This document shows, piece by piece, positions 9,472 through 17,820 of a stretch of 64,000 nt of DNA. A model generated the notes under the pieces. That model saw nothing but the letters and a program-made list of their open reading frames with translations. It did not search any database and had not been told where the DNA came from. The translations under genes and the position numbers were made by a program. The stretch spans positions 8,086-72,085 of the forward strand of contig JBEKII010000002.1 of assembly GCA_050011835.1 (NCBI GenBank). The letters run 5' to 3'. This DNA comes from Minisyncoccia bacterium (lineage in GTDB: Bacteria; Patescibacteriota; Minisyncoccia; Phycocordibacterales; Phycocordibacteraceae). The first letter of the stretch is position 1; every line of letters starts with the position of its first letter.

Positions 9472-9735
9472 AACTGCGATTCCAAAGCACGGATACGCAA
9501 AGACGCTTGTCGCGCAACCAGCCGGCAACTTGATGAAAAGAACGATTTCAACGCTGCCACGAAAGGAACGCTTACGAATGCCGCCGCACGTTTAAATCTC
9601 TCGTCGCACAGCTACCATCGCACGATGCGCGTCGCGCGCATCATCGCCGACCTCGCCGACGCCGATTCCGTCACGTCGGCTTTTATTCACAAAGCGCTCC
9701 AGTATCGTCCGCGCGGATTATTTGGGTTTGAGTAA
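9472..9735 (+). pseudogene. 3' remnant of a comM/yifB (Mg-chelatase-like AAA+ ATPase) gene. Only the last ~85 codons remain and there is no start codon.
   Basis: Frame translation gives ...[51 protein letters not shown]. This matches the conserved C-terminus of ComM/YifB proteins (LS.RAYHRILKVARTIADL....HL.EA.QYR). The upstream part is missing, and the DksA-like gene ends only ~40 nt upstream. Confidence 0.55.
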
Positions 9736-10069
9736 TCCCCAAGATTCTAATTTGTGAAACGATACAGTGATATTCTAAAGAAAGATAAGCAATCCGATCT
9801 TTAGCAAGAAGGGAGGTGTGCCATATGCGACAACTAGCCGCCCGCTAAAAATCCGGCTTCATAAACCCACACACGGAGACTCTGCGGGCAATAAAAAACT
9901 CTGTGCGGCTGTGGGTGCTGTTCTTCTGGGAAGTAGTGTTTTGTGCGGATCCCTTCAAACCGGTAGGTATAGAAGCACAAGAAGGTATCACTACTTTTTA
10001 GGGATTGTTGTCCTCAGAAGAATAGGTTATGGATTGGCGTTGCAAAAAAGGAGGTCCTTCCTCTGACAA

Positions 10070-10102
10070 GGGCGCACGACCAAAAGAGAGTGCGCCTTTT
10101 AT
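10070..10102 (+). terminator. Rho-independent terminator, possibly bidirectional
   Basis: GGCGCAC-gaccaaaagaga-GTGCGCC followed by TTTTAT. It sits between the 3' ends of the convergent region. Confidence 0.55.
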
Positions 10103-10123
10103 ATGAAACACCTAAAGATATTT

Positions 10124-11461
10124 TTATTGCGGCTCGCACACAGAACCGGTGGGGCAATCGCGAAATGGATTTGCCGCGCCACGAACTTCAAAGTGGAGGT
10201 GCGGACCGGTGGACTCGCCGGTTGAGCCGACATAGCCAATGATTTGGCCGGACAAAACCGGCTGCCCGGGCGAGACGATTGAGTGAGTCATATGCGCGTA
10301 GAGCGTTTGCGTGCCGTTGTCGTGCGTGATGACGACATAATTGCCGTAGCCGCCGTTCCATGCGCCGTTATTGCGTGCGACGATAATCGTGCCGTCCGCG
10401 GCGGCGTGTATCGGCGTGCCGCGCGCGGCGCCGAGGTCCACCGCGTTCCAGCCGTGGAGGCCTTGCGTGAGGATAGCGCCCGGCACCGGATTGCTGTAGT
10501 AGCTCGCCTGTTCAGGACCGCTACCGCCCAAATATGGTTCGCGCGCAGCGCGCGAAGAGCGCGAGCTCGGCGCGGGAATGGAGAGTTCTCCGCCCGGAAT
10601 GATGATGGTTGAACCAACGGCGAGCGGCGCGGACGAGTCGAGGCCGTTAAATTGCGCAATTTCATTTGCATCAGCGCCGTATTTCTTCGCAATGGATTTC
10701 AGGGTATCGCCTTTTGCTACGATGCGTTCGGTACCTGAAACGGGCAGGATGATAAGCGTGTCGCCTGAGTGCACATCGTTTGCGCCACTCAAATTATTCG
10801 CCCAAATAATGGTATTTATTGAAACGCCAAACATGTCCGCAATTTCCGAAAGCGTGTCGCCCGAGCGAACTACATAGACCGAGATGCGGCCGGGCGGAGC
10901 TGAACTCGCGACGTCGGCAATCGTGCCGTCAGGGCCGCTGAAGGGAACGAGCGCCGAATCGTCAGAGGTGGAGAGTGCTATGGGTGCGTCCGCGTTTGGG
11001 TTGCTATTTAAAGTTGCTTGCAGTGTCGGAGTTGAAGAACTCGGAATAGAAGTATCGATTGCCGCATCGGCATTTGTGGAAAACGGCCAGAACGCATTCG
11101 CGCAGCTCGGCAGGAGCGTTATGGTGGCGACTGCGAGAGTCGCGAACCCTGCTATTATAAGAAATTGTTGTTTAAGTTTAATAGGTGGCAAGGGGGAGCG
11201 GTGGGTCTGTACATACAAGAATGGCTTACATACTCTCGTATATAAGCCATTCCTTGGATAACTTTCTATCAGTCGATAGAAGAAGTATAGCCGAGCGAAA
11301 CCGGTAGTCAACCGCTCCAGCGAGTGCCTGTGGAGAGTGCTTTGTGCGCTATATTCTGATAGTGAGATACCTTGAAGGATTGAATGACGCACAAAAGCGC
11401 GCCGTACTCGCCACCGACGGTCCGATTTTAGTCCTCGCGGGCGCCGGAAGCGGTAAAACAC
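10124..11461 (-). CDS. Secreted LysM-domain M23 metallopeptidase (peptidoglycan hydrolase)
   Basis: Two LysM repeats (YVVRSGDTLSEIA..., IVAKGDTLKSIAKKYG...) and a C-terminal M23 domain (HxxxD... GYVGSTGESTGPHLHFEV). The track ORF probably over-extends at the 5' end. The true start is likely near nt 11176-11191, just before the signal peptide KLKQQFLIIAGFATLAVA. Confidence 0.8.
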   Translation of the reverse strand: MFYRFRRPRGLKSDRRWRVRRAFVRHSILQGISLSEYSAQSTLHRHSLERLTTGFARLYFFYRLIESYPRNGLYTRVCKPFLYVQTHRSPLPPIKLKQQFLIIAGFATLAVATITLLPSCANAFWPFSTNADAAIDTSIPSSSTPTLQATLNSNPNADAPIALSTSDDSALVPFSGPDGTIADVASSAPPGRISVYVVRSGDTLSEIADMFGVSINTIIWANNLSGANDVHSGDTLIILPVSGTERIVAKGDTLKSIAKKYGADANEIAQFNGLDSSAPLAVGSTIIIPGGELSIPAPSSRSSRAAREPYLGGSGPEQASYYSNPVPGAILTQGLHGWNAVDLGAARGTPIHAAADGTIIVARNNGAWNGGYGNYVVITHDNGTQTLYAHMTHSIVSPGQPVLSGQIIGYVGSTGESTGPHLHFEVRGAANPFRDCPTGSVCEPQ

Positions 11462-13290
11462 GCGTTCTCACGACGCGGATTTATCACCTTATTCGCGAAG
11501 GAGTTCCCGCGGATCATATTCTCGCTGTCACGTTTACCAACAAGGCGGCGCGCGAGATGCGCGAGCGGGTGCGCGTCATGCTGGGAAATGACGGACCGCT
11601 CCCGTTCGTCGCCACCTTTCATGGTCTTGGTCGTGAAATTCTTGAAAGTTACGGAGGGGCGGCTGGAATCCCGCGTTTCTTCAGTATCTATGACCGCGCC
11701 GATTCGGAAAAGGCGATTGCCACGGCGCTTAAAACACTTGATGTTGGAGCGAAAGAGTTCTCGCCCCGCATGATATTGAGCCGTATCTCGCGTTTGAAGG
11801 GCGAAGGGATACGCGCGCAGGAGTTTTATGAGAAACGCGAACGCAGAGGTTTTAGCGCCCGCATTACTGCAGAGACATGGCTTCTCTATGAACAGATACT
11901 GCAAAAGGAGAAGGCACTTGACTTTGATGACCTTATCGCTTTGCCTGTCCAGCTACTTGAAGAAAACGACGATATTCGTGCGCGCATACAGGATCGCTGG
12001 CGCTATATTCACATTGACGAGTATCAAGATACGAATGAGTTGCAGGAACGATTCGCGGGTCTTCTCGTAGAGAAACACAGGAATCTTTTTGTTGTCGGCG
12101 ACGGAGACCAGGCAATATACGGATGGCGCGGGGCGAAAATGGAAAATATTTTGAATTTTGAAAAAAAATATCCCGAGGTGCAGACGATTATCCTTGAGCG
12201 TAACTATCGTTCAACGAAAAATTTGGTTGATGCGGCGAATGCGGTTATTGAGAAAAATAAAAATCGCAAAGAAAAATATTCAACAACCGAGCATTCGGCC
12301 GGCGAACCAATAATCGTTCATATGGCGATAAATGCCGAGGATGAAGCGCGGTGGATTGCGATGAAAATACGATGGTTGATGAAGGGCGGCATTGCTCCGG
12401 AAGAGATTGCAATACTTTTCCGTACTAATTTCCAATCGCGCGCGCTTGAAGAGGGATTGCTTACCGCCGGCGTGCCATATAAATTGCTCGGTACGCATTT
12501 CTTCGCGCGCAAAGAGGTGAAAGATGCGCTCGCATGGATGCACCTCGCACTGGATCCGTCGCGAGAGGCGGACAAGATTCGCGCGGCGGCTGCGCCGCCG
12601 CGCGGTATTGGCAAGATCACACTCGGTAAATTGGCGGCAGGACAGCGCGCGCACTTGCGCGCCGGCGAACTCGCGAAAGTTAAGCAATTTGAGAGTGTCA
12701 TCGCCGAACTCGAAAATGCTGCCCTTACGCTTGTACCGTCTGAATTCGTCAAACTCGTCATTGAAAAAAGTGGAATGCGTGATTATTATTTAGGACGAGG
12801 CCTGCTTGCTGGCAGGCAGGGAAGCGAGGAAGACCGGGAACGTTTTGAAAATGTTGAGGAGCTCGCCTCTGTTGCTGTGCGGCATGACAATGTCGCCGGT
12901 AAAGAGGGTATCGCTGCGTTTCTCGCCGAAGCCGCGCTCGCGAGCGACCAGGATGAAATGGACCGGGATGCAAAAACAGGAGTAATGCTGATGACCGTTC
13001 ATGCGGCAAAAGGGCTTGAATTCAATACCGTTTTCGTGAGCGGCATGGAAGAAGGTCTTTTCCCGCATGAAGGTTCGGGCGATGAGGACGACCGCGACGA
13101 AGAAGAGGAACGGCGCCTTTTTTATGTTGCGATGACGCGCGCGAAGGCGCGCCTTTACCTGACGTTCGCGCGCGTTCGCAAAATTTATGGCAGTGATTAC
13201 CTTACCGAGCCGTCTTCTTTTCTCGCCGATATTGATAATTCGTTAATGCTTTATGATGAAACTAATGGAGAAGAAATTATTCAGGCCTGA
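11344..13290 (+). CDS. UvrD/PcrA/Rep-family SF1 DNA helicase
   Basis: Walker A (AGAGSGKTRVL), motifs Ia-VI (TFTNKAAREM, DEYQDTN, VVGDGDQAIYGWRGA, VMLMTVHAAKGLEFNTVFV). Confidence 0.85.
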   Translation: MRYILIVRYLEGLNDAQKRAVLATDGPILVLAGAGSGKTRVLTTRIYHLIREGVPADHILAVTFTNKAAREMRERVRVMLGNDGPLPFVATFHGLGREILESYGGAAGIPRFFSIYDRADSEKAIATALKTLDVGAKEFSPRMILSRISRLKGEGIRAQEFYEKRERRGFSARITAETWLLYEQILQKEKALDFDDLIALPVQLLEENDDIRARIQDRWRYIHIDEYQDTNELQERFAGLLVEKHRNLFVVGDGDQAIYGWRGAKMENILNFEKKYPEVQTIILERNYRSTKNLVDAANAVIEKNKNRKEKYSTTEHSAGEPIIVHMAINAEDEARWIAMKIRWLMKGGIAPEEIAILFRTNFQSRALEEGLLTAGVPYKLLGTHFFARKEVKDALAWMHLALDPSREADKIRAAAAPPRGIGKITLGKLAAGQRAHLRAGELAKVKQFESVIAELENAALTLVPSEFVKLVIEKSGMRDYYLGRGLLAGRQGSEEDRERFENVEELASVAVRHDNVAGKEGIAAFLAEAALASDQDEMDRDAKTGVMLMTVHAAKGLEFNTVFVSGMEEGLFPHEGSGDEDDRDEEEERRLFYVAMTRAKARLYLTFARVRKIYGSDYLTEPSSFLADIDNSLMLYDETNGEEIIQA

Positions 13291-14137
13291 CGCTCGCCGA
13301 CAGGCCAAAAAGAGAGCGCTCCGGCCGCTAGGACAATTCAATTCTCTTTTTAACCTGTCAGCTTCGCGTCCAAAAAAATCGTTGGGACAAAATTTTTTGA
13401 TGCACGCGCGCATCGCGGAACGCATTGCAGATGCCGCGAAACTTTCACGAGACGCAACGGTGTTTGAAATCGGTCCCGGAACCGGCGTGCTCACCCGCGC
13501 GCTTCTAGAGCGCGCGGGCAAAGTAATCGCGGTTGAAGCGGACCGCGAACTTTTTGAAAAATTGCAATTTGATTTTGCAAACGAGATTACCGCCGGCCGA
13601 CTGAAACTCTTATATGGTGACGTGCGCTCGCTTGACATCGCCACTCTTCCAAAAGGTTACACGCTCGTTGCAAATATTCCATATTATTTGACCGGTGAAA
13701 TTTTCCGGAAGTTTCTTGAGTCAAAGAATCAGCCGAGCGCGATGACACTCCTCGTACAAAAAGAAGTCGCCGAACGCATCGCTCGCTCAAAAAAAGAAAG
13801 CATCCTTTCACTCTCTGTGAAGGCATACGGCACGCCGAAATACGAGTTCACTGTTCCGCGCGGAGCATTCAAACCCGCGCCGAAAGTGGATTCCGCAGTA
13901 CTCACTATTCAAAATATTTCACGAAAAAATTTTGCATTACGCTCGGGAGAGGAATTATTTTTCGCTCTGTTGCATGCAGGATTCGCACACAAGCGTAAGT
14001 TCGCGCGAAAGAATTTAGCTGATGCGGGATTTTCTGCCGAAAATATTCCAGAAAAAGCCCGCGCTGAAGACATCCCGATTGATCAATGGTTAGCCATCAC
14101 TCCTCTGGAGTCGGGGAAGAGCCTACCATCGGTGTAA
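13253..14137 (+). CDS. rsmA: 16S rRNA (adenine1518/1519-N6)-dimethyltransferase
   Basis: KSLGQNFL motif, SAM-binding FEIGPGTGVLT and NIPY motif. The 5' end overlaps the helicase 3' end, so the true start may lie a few codons downstream. Confidence 0.85.
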   Translation: MMKLMEKKLFRPDARRQAKKRALRPLGQFNSLFNLSASRPKKSLGQNFLMHARIAERIADAAKLSRDATVFEIGPGTGVLTRALLERAGKVIAVEADRELFEKLQFDFANEITAGRLKLLYGDVRSLDIATLPKGYTLVANIPYYLTGEIFRKFLESKNQPSAMTLLVQKEVAERIARSKKESILSLSVKAYGTPKYEFTVPRGAFKPAPKVDSAVLTIQNISRKNFALRSGEELFFALLHAGFAHKRKFARKNLADAGFSAENIPEKARAEDIPIDQWLAITPLESGKSLPSV

Positions 14138-15122
14138 TTGTGCCATCGGCAGGGACTACTACGCAAGTATAGCCGCTATAGGTCCAACACGATTGGATGC
14201 TCGGTATGTAGGTTCCAACCGCGGCGATGTCTTCTTCGGGTATGTTGTACCAAGAGAATGCTTCTGTATCGTCTACATAATCCAAGAGAAGGTTTGTAAC
14301 TAACGGATTCACATCCGGCAACACATCCGGCAATGCGACGAAGATTTGCGTTATTCCAGGAGAACAGTCACAAATTTCGGGGTTCACATATACAATAAAT
14401 CCGCCAAACGGTACTGTTAGTGGTGCCGCACGTGCTTTTCCTGCAGAAAAAGTTTCACCAACGAAGGAAAGTATCTTTTCAAGAAACGCCGCCATGGGTG
14501 ATGGGGGAATATCCCACGAAACTTTCTTCTCGTACGCCGCCCTTTGCTCATCGAAAAATTGTTGGCGGAAGTCGGTGGTCGTCGCAGCCTCTTTTCTTAT
14601 TTTGTCTTCGAGAAATAACAATTTATCTTGCGGAAAGCCTCCCTTGAGTGCGTCTTTTTTTACTGCGGCGAGATAGAGGTCGAGATTTTTTTGGTTAGGG
14701 TTCTGGGGAGTGGTTGCTGAAGCTGCGGACGTGGAAGAGGAAACATTCCCTACATTCATTGTTACCGCGGAAAGCACATTGAGTGTAGCTCTTGTATACG
14801 ATCCGACGTATCCGTTCCCTTGCGTGAGCCCGGCAGGCGCCAAAATTTCGCTCGCGTACTTTTCTTGGAATCGCACAACCGCCGCTTTTGTAAGAGGTCC
14901 AAAATAATTCGTCTCGTTTCCGGGAGAGCCCGGACCCACGCTTGCAATGCGCGTATCGGGGTCATGGTTGAGAATCTGTTGAAGTGCGATAACCTGCATT
15001 CCCGAAGAGCCGAGTGAGAGATTCGCTGTGAATATATTTGAAGTACTCGTCTGTGCACTCACGTAAGTTCCATACGAGAGCATAAGAAAAACGGTTACGA
15101 GAGAGAAGAACGAAACGCGCAT
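14097..15122 (-). CDS. Secreted protein with a peptidoglycan-binding-like domain and a Cys-containing C-terminal domain
   Basis: Signal peptide (VSFFSLVTVFLMLSYGTYVSA), a PG_binding_1-like segment (GMQVIALQQILNHD...YFGPLTKAAVVRFQEKY), and a C-terminal CDC...C region. Confidence 0.55.
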   Translation of the reverse strand: MRVSFFSLVTVFLMLSYGTYVSAQTSTSNIFTANLSLGSSGMQVIALQQILNHDPDTRIASVGPGSPGNETNYFGPLTKAAVVRFQEKYASEILAPAGLTQGNGYVGSYTRATLNVLSAVTMNVGNVSSSTSAASATTPQNPNQKNLDLYLAAVKKDALKGGFPQDKLLFLEDKIRKEAATTTDFRQQFFDEQRAAYEKKVSWDIPPSPMAAFLEKILSFVGETFSAGKARAAPLTVPFGGFIVYVNPEICDCSPGITQIFVALPDVLPDVNPLVTNLLLDYVDDTEAFSWYNIPEEDIAAVGTYIPSIQSCWTYSGYTCVVVPADGTITPMVGSSPTPEE

Positions 15123-15204
15123 GATTAAACAATAGCATAATGCACTTTTATGCAGTTGCAGTCATTATTTTCTTGTTGCGGCTGGTATACTTTAAAGCGA
15201 TACC

Positions 15205-16206
15205 ATGGGAAGGATTCTCGAACATTGGCGCGTACCTATCGCAGTGTTTTTTTCGGCGGCGCTTATTGTCGGCGCATATGTGCTTGCGCGCGGTGTCGGG
15301 TCGCCTTCCATTGCACAGGCCTCGACCGAGACGGCGCTTCTCCAGGCAATCGCGACGCGCGATTCAAATGGTGATGGCCTTCCCGATTGGGAGAAGGTGC
15401 TGTACGGCATCCCGATAAACGCTACTACAACGGATTATTTTCATCTCGGAATGACCGACGGCGAAGCGGTTGCGAAAGGGCTTGTTGTGCCCAAGGCGGT
15501 TGCCGATGTGCCTGTCGCAACATCAACCGCTGCGGTAAACGTCCCGGCCGAGGGCACGCTCACCGACACCTTCGCGAAAAATTTCTTTACGCTCTACATC
15601 ACAGCGAAAGAAGCGAATGGCGGCGATGACCTTACTGATGACCAGGTAAATGCGCTCGCCGACCAAGCGATGAATCAATTTTTGCAAACGGTCACATCGC
15701 CGCCTGATTTCAAAACCATAACGGACCTCAACGTTTCTGGGACAGGACCCGATGCATTACGTGCTTTCGCTATTGCAGCCGAGGGTGTGTTCAAGAAGAA
15801 TATGGGCAGTGCGACGACAAGCGAACTGCAATCTCTCCAAGATGCGGTGCTGAATAATGACGCAACGGCGCTCTCGCAACTTGCCGCGGCGTCTCAGATT
15901 TATCAAAACTATGCCGTTGGCCTTGCGGCGCTCCCGGTGCCGCAAGATCTCGCGGCAGACGACCTCGCGCTCATCAACGCGATGATGCTTAGAAGCGAGG
16001 CTGATGACAATCTTGCGCATGTGAATACCGACCCTTTAACGGCAATAGTTGCTCTTCAGCAATTCTCGCAAACGGAGAGTTCATTCTGGAATGCATTTGC
16101 CGATATTGGCGCTATCTATGCTTCCGCCGGTGTCGTGCTTCCTAACGGTACGCCGGGTTCGTCCCTTGTGAATGTCATCGCCAACGCGAGAGAAACAAGT
16201 CCATGA
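15205..16206 (+). CDS. Secreted/membrane-anchored hypothetical protein
   Basis: N-terminal signal/anchor (IAVFFSAALIVGAYVLA) and an Ala/Thr/Asp-rich mature region. No recognisable domain. Confidence 0.5.
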   Translation: MGRILEHWRVPIAVFFSAALIVGAYVLARGVGSPSIAQASTETALLQAIATRDSNGDGLPDWEKVLYGIPINATTTDYFHLGMTDGEAVAKGLVVPKAVADVPVATSTAAVNVPAEGTLTDTFAKNFFTLYITAKEANGGDDLTDDQVNALADQAMNQFLQTVTSPPDFKTITDLNVSGTGPDALRAFAIAAEGVFKKNMGSATTSELQSLQDAVLNNDATALSQLAAASQIYQNYAVGLAALPVPQDLAADDLALINAMMLRSEADDNLAHVNTDPLTAIVALQQFSQTESSFWNAFADIGAIYASAGVVLPNGTPGSSLVNVIANARETSP

Positions 16207-17816
16207 GTAAGAAAACTTTCGCCAGTGCGCTCGCGATACTGCTTATCATCGCGCTTACTGTACCCGCAATATTTTTTATTGCGCCACAGAGAGCATCTGC
16301 ACAATCTGTTGGCAGTTGTATCGTGGGTTTAGCAGCCGGTCTTGGATTGGTCACCGCGAATCATGTAGTTGCTGTTCCTACTGCGGACGCAGCGGGCGGA
16401 ACGGGCAGCTGGACCACAGCTGGCTCAACGGTGGGGAATTGTTTATATAGCGTGATAGTCGTGCCCATCCTGCGAGCGATGATACGAGCGATTCTGCAAG
16501 CCATTACCCAAAGCACCATCAATTGGATCAACGGCGCCAACGGTACGGGCCAACCCTCCTTTGTGCAGAATCTCGCTGTGCATCTGCAGAGCGTCGGGGA
16601 TGTCGCCGCGCTTTCCCTCATCGCCCAAATTGGCCAGAATACGGCCGCGTTCAACTCGCCCTTCGGCGCCGCGATCGCGTTAGCGCTCCAGAGCCGTTAT
16701 GCCCAACAAACGAGCTTAGCCGGCTTTTATGCGGCGAATCAATGCACGCTTGCCAAATCATCGCCGAATGTAGCGGGATTTCTTGGAGGCGAGTGGTCAC
16801 AGGGCGGGGCGGCCGCATGGTTCGCGCTCACCACCCAGAATCAAAATAATCCCTACACGCTCTATCTGGCGGCGCAGAGCCAGCTGGGCAGTAATGTGAG
16901 CCAAGTGCAAACCAATCGAAAACAGGACCTGATGCAGTCGGGAGGATTTCTCTCGTGGTGTCCTCCCGGCGCAACGGCCAATACCACCTCATCAAGCGTG
17001 GGCGTCAAGCCGCAAGCCCCTTGCACCAACGCGAACGGCACGCCGGCTATGGCCCAGACACCAGGGTCAACCATCAAATCCTACCTAGATACAAATCTTG
17101 GCTCGGGCATTGGCCAGTTAGTCAGCGCTCAAGACCTTGATGCCGCACTCGGCGCGATTGTGACGGCGCTCGGGAACAGAGTTATCGGTAGTACCGGTCT
17201 CTTCGGGTCCTCGCAACCTTCGGGTAGCCGTAACATAACAGTAGTCGCTCCTGCGCCAAGTAGTTCAGCCGCATCCGCCATTTCACTTGCACAATCGACG
17301 CTTACACAGCTCGCAACCTATACGAGCGCGTGGAACACCATTAGTGCTGCGGCGAATACGGCGTCAATGAGCGTTACAGCTCTCTTGAACTCCTGTTCCG
17401 CTCAACAGACAATCGCGCAGACCGCTCTCACAAATGAGATTGCGCCGATGCTCGTGCAGGCGCAGGCGGCACTCAATTCCGCCGCAACCACTCAAGCACT
17501 TGCGCTTCAAGTCCAAGCCGAGGCCTCGGCAGTTCCCATCGCAGACCCGGTTCAGTTAAGTACTGATGTGACGTCGCTCTCATCAATGCCTCCCGCGGCA
17601 GGCGATGTTGTTAATGCGCAATTGAGCGCGGCTGTAACCGGCGCCGCCACCGCGAACCCCGCGGGCTCGCTCACGGTCTCTGGCGGCACGTTTGTCGACC
17701 AGATGAATCTCATCAGTACGAATGCCGCGGCGCTCGAAACATCCTCATGCGCCACACCATCTGCTCCAGCCGTATCGTCCCCAACAACAATCTACAACGC
17801 GGGCGTCGGCGGATAA
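16203..17816 (+). CDS. Large secreted Ala/Ser/Thr/Gln-rich hypothetical protein
   Basis: Signal peptide (ASALAILLIIALTVPAIFFIAPQRASA). It is translationally coupled to the upstream gene by a 4-nt overlap. Composition is low-complexity and surface-protein-like. Confidence 0.5.
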   Translation: MSKKTFASALAILLIIALTVPAIFFIAPQRASAQSVGSCIVGLAAGLGLVTANHVVAVPTADAAGGTGSWTTAGSTVGNCLYSVIVVPILRAMIRAILQAITQSTINWINGANGTGQPSFVQNLAVHLQSVGDVAALSLIAQIGQNTAAFNSPFGAAIALALQSRYAQQTSLAGFYAANQCTLAKSSPNVAGFLGGEWSQGGAAAWFALTTQNQNNPYTLYLAAQSQLGSNVSQVQTNRKQDLMQSGGFLSWCPPGATANTTSSSVGVKPQAPCTNANGTPAMAQTPGSTIKSYLDTNLGSGIGQLVSAQDLDAALGAIVTALGNRVIGSTGLFGSSQPSGSRNITVVAPAPSSSAASAISLAQSTLTQLATYTSAWNTISAAANTASMSVTALLNSCSAQQTIAQTALTNEIAPMLVQAQAALNSAATTQALALQVQAEASAVPIADPVQLSTDVTSLSSMPPAAGDVVNAQLSAAVTGAATANPAGSLTVSGGTFVDQMNLISTNAAALETSSCATPSAPAVSSPTTIYNAGVGG

Positions 17817-17820
17817 TAAT

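Noticed and set aside
9818-10066. GTG-initiated 82-aa ORF downstream of the comM stump
   Set aside because: No homology. The initiation context favours a different ATG that gives only 7 codons. The displayed sequence and the track translation disagree by one base inside it. Treated as a possible ncRNA or small-ORF region rather than a CDS.
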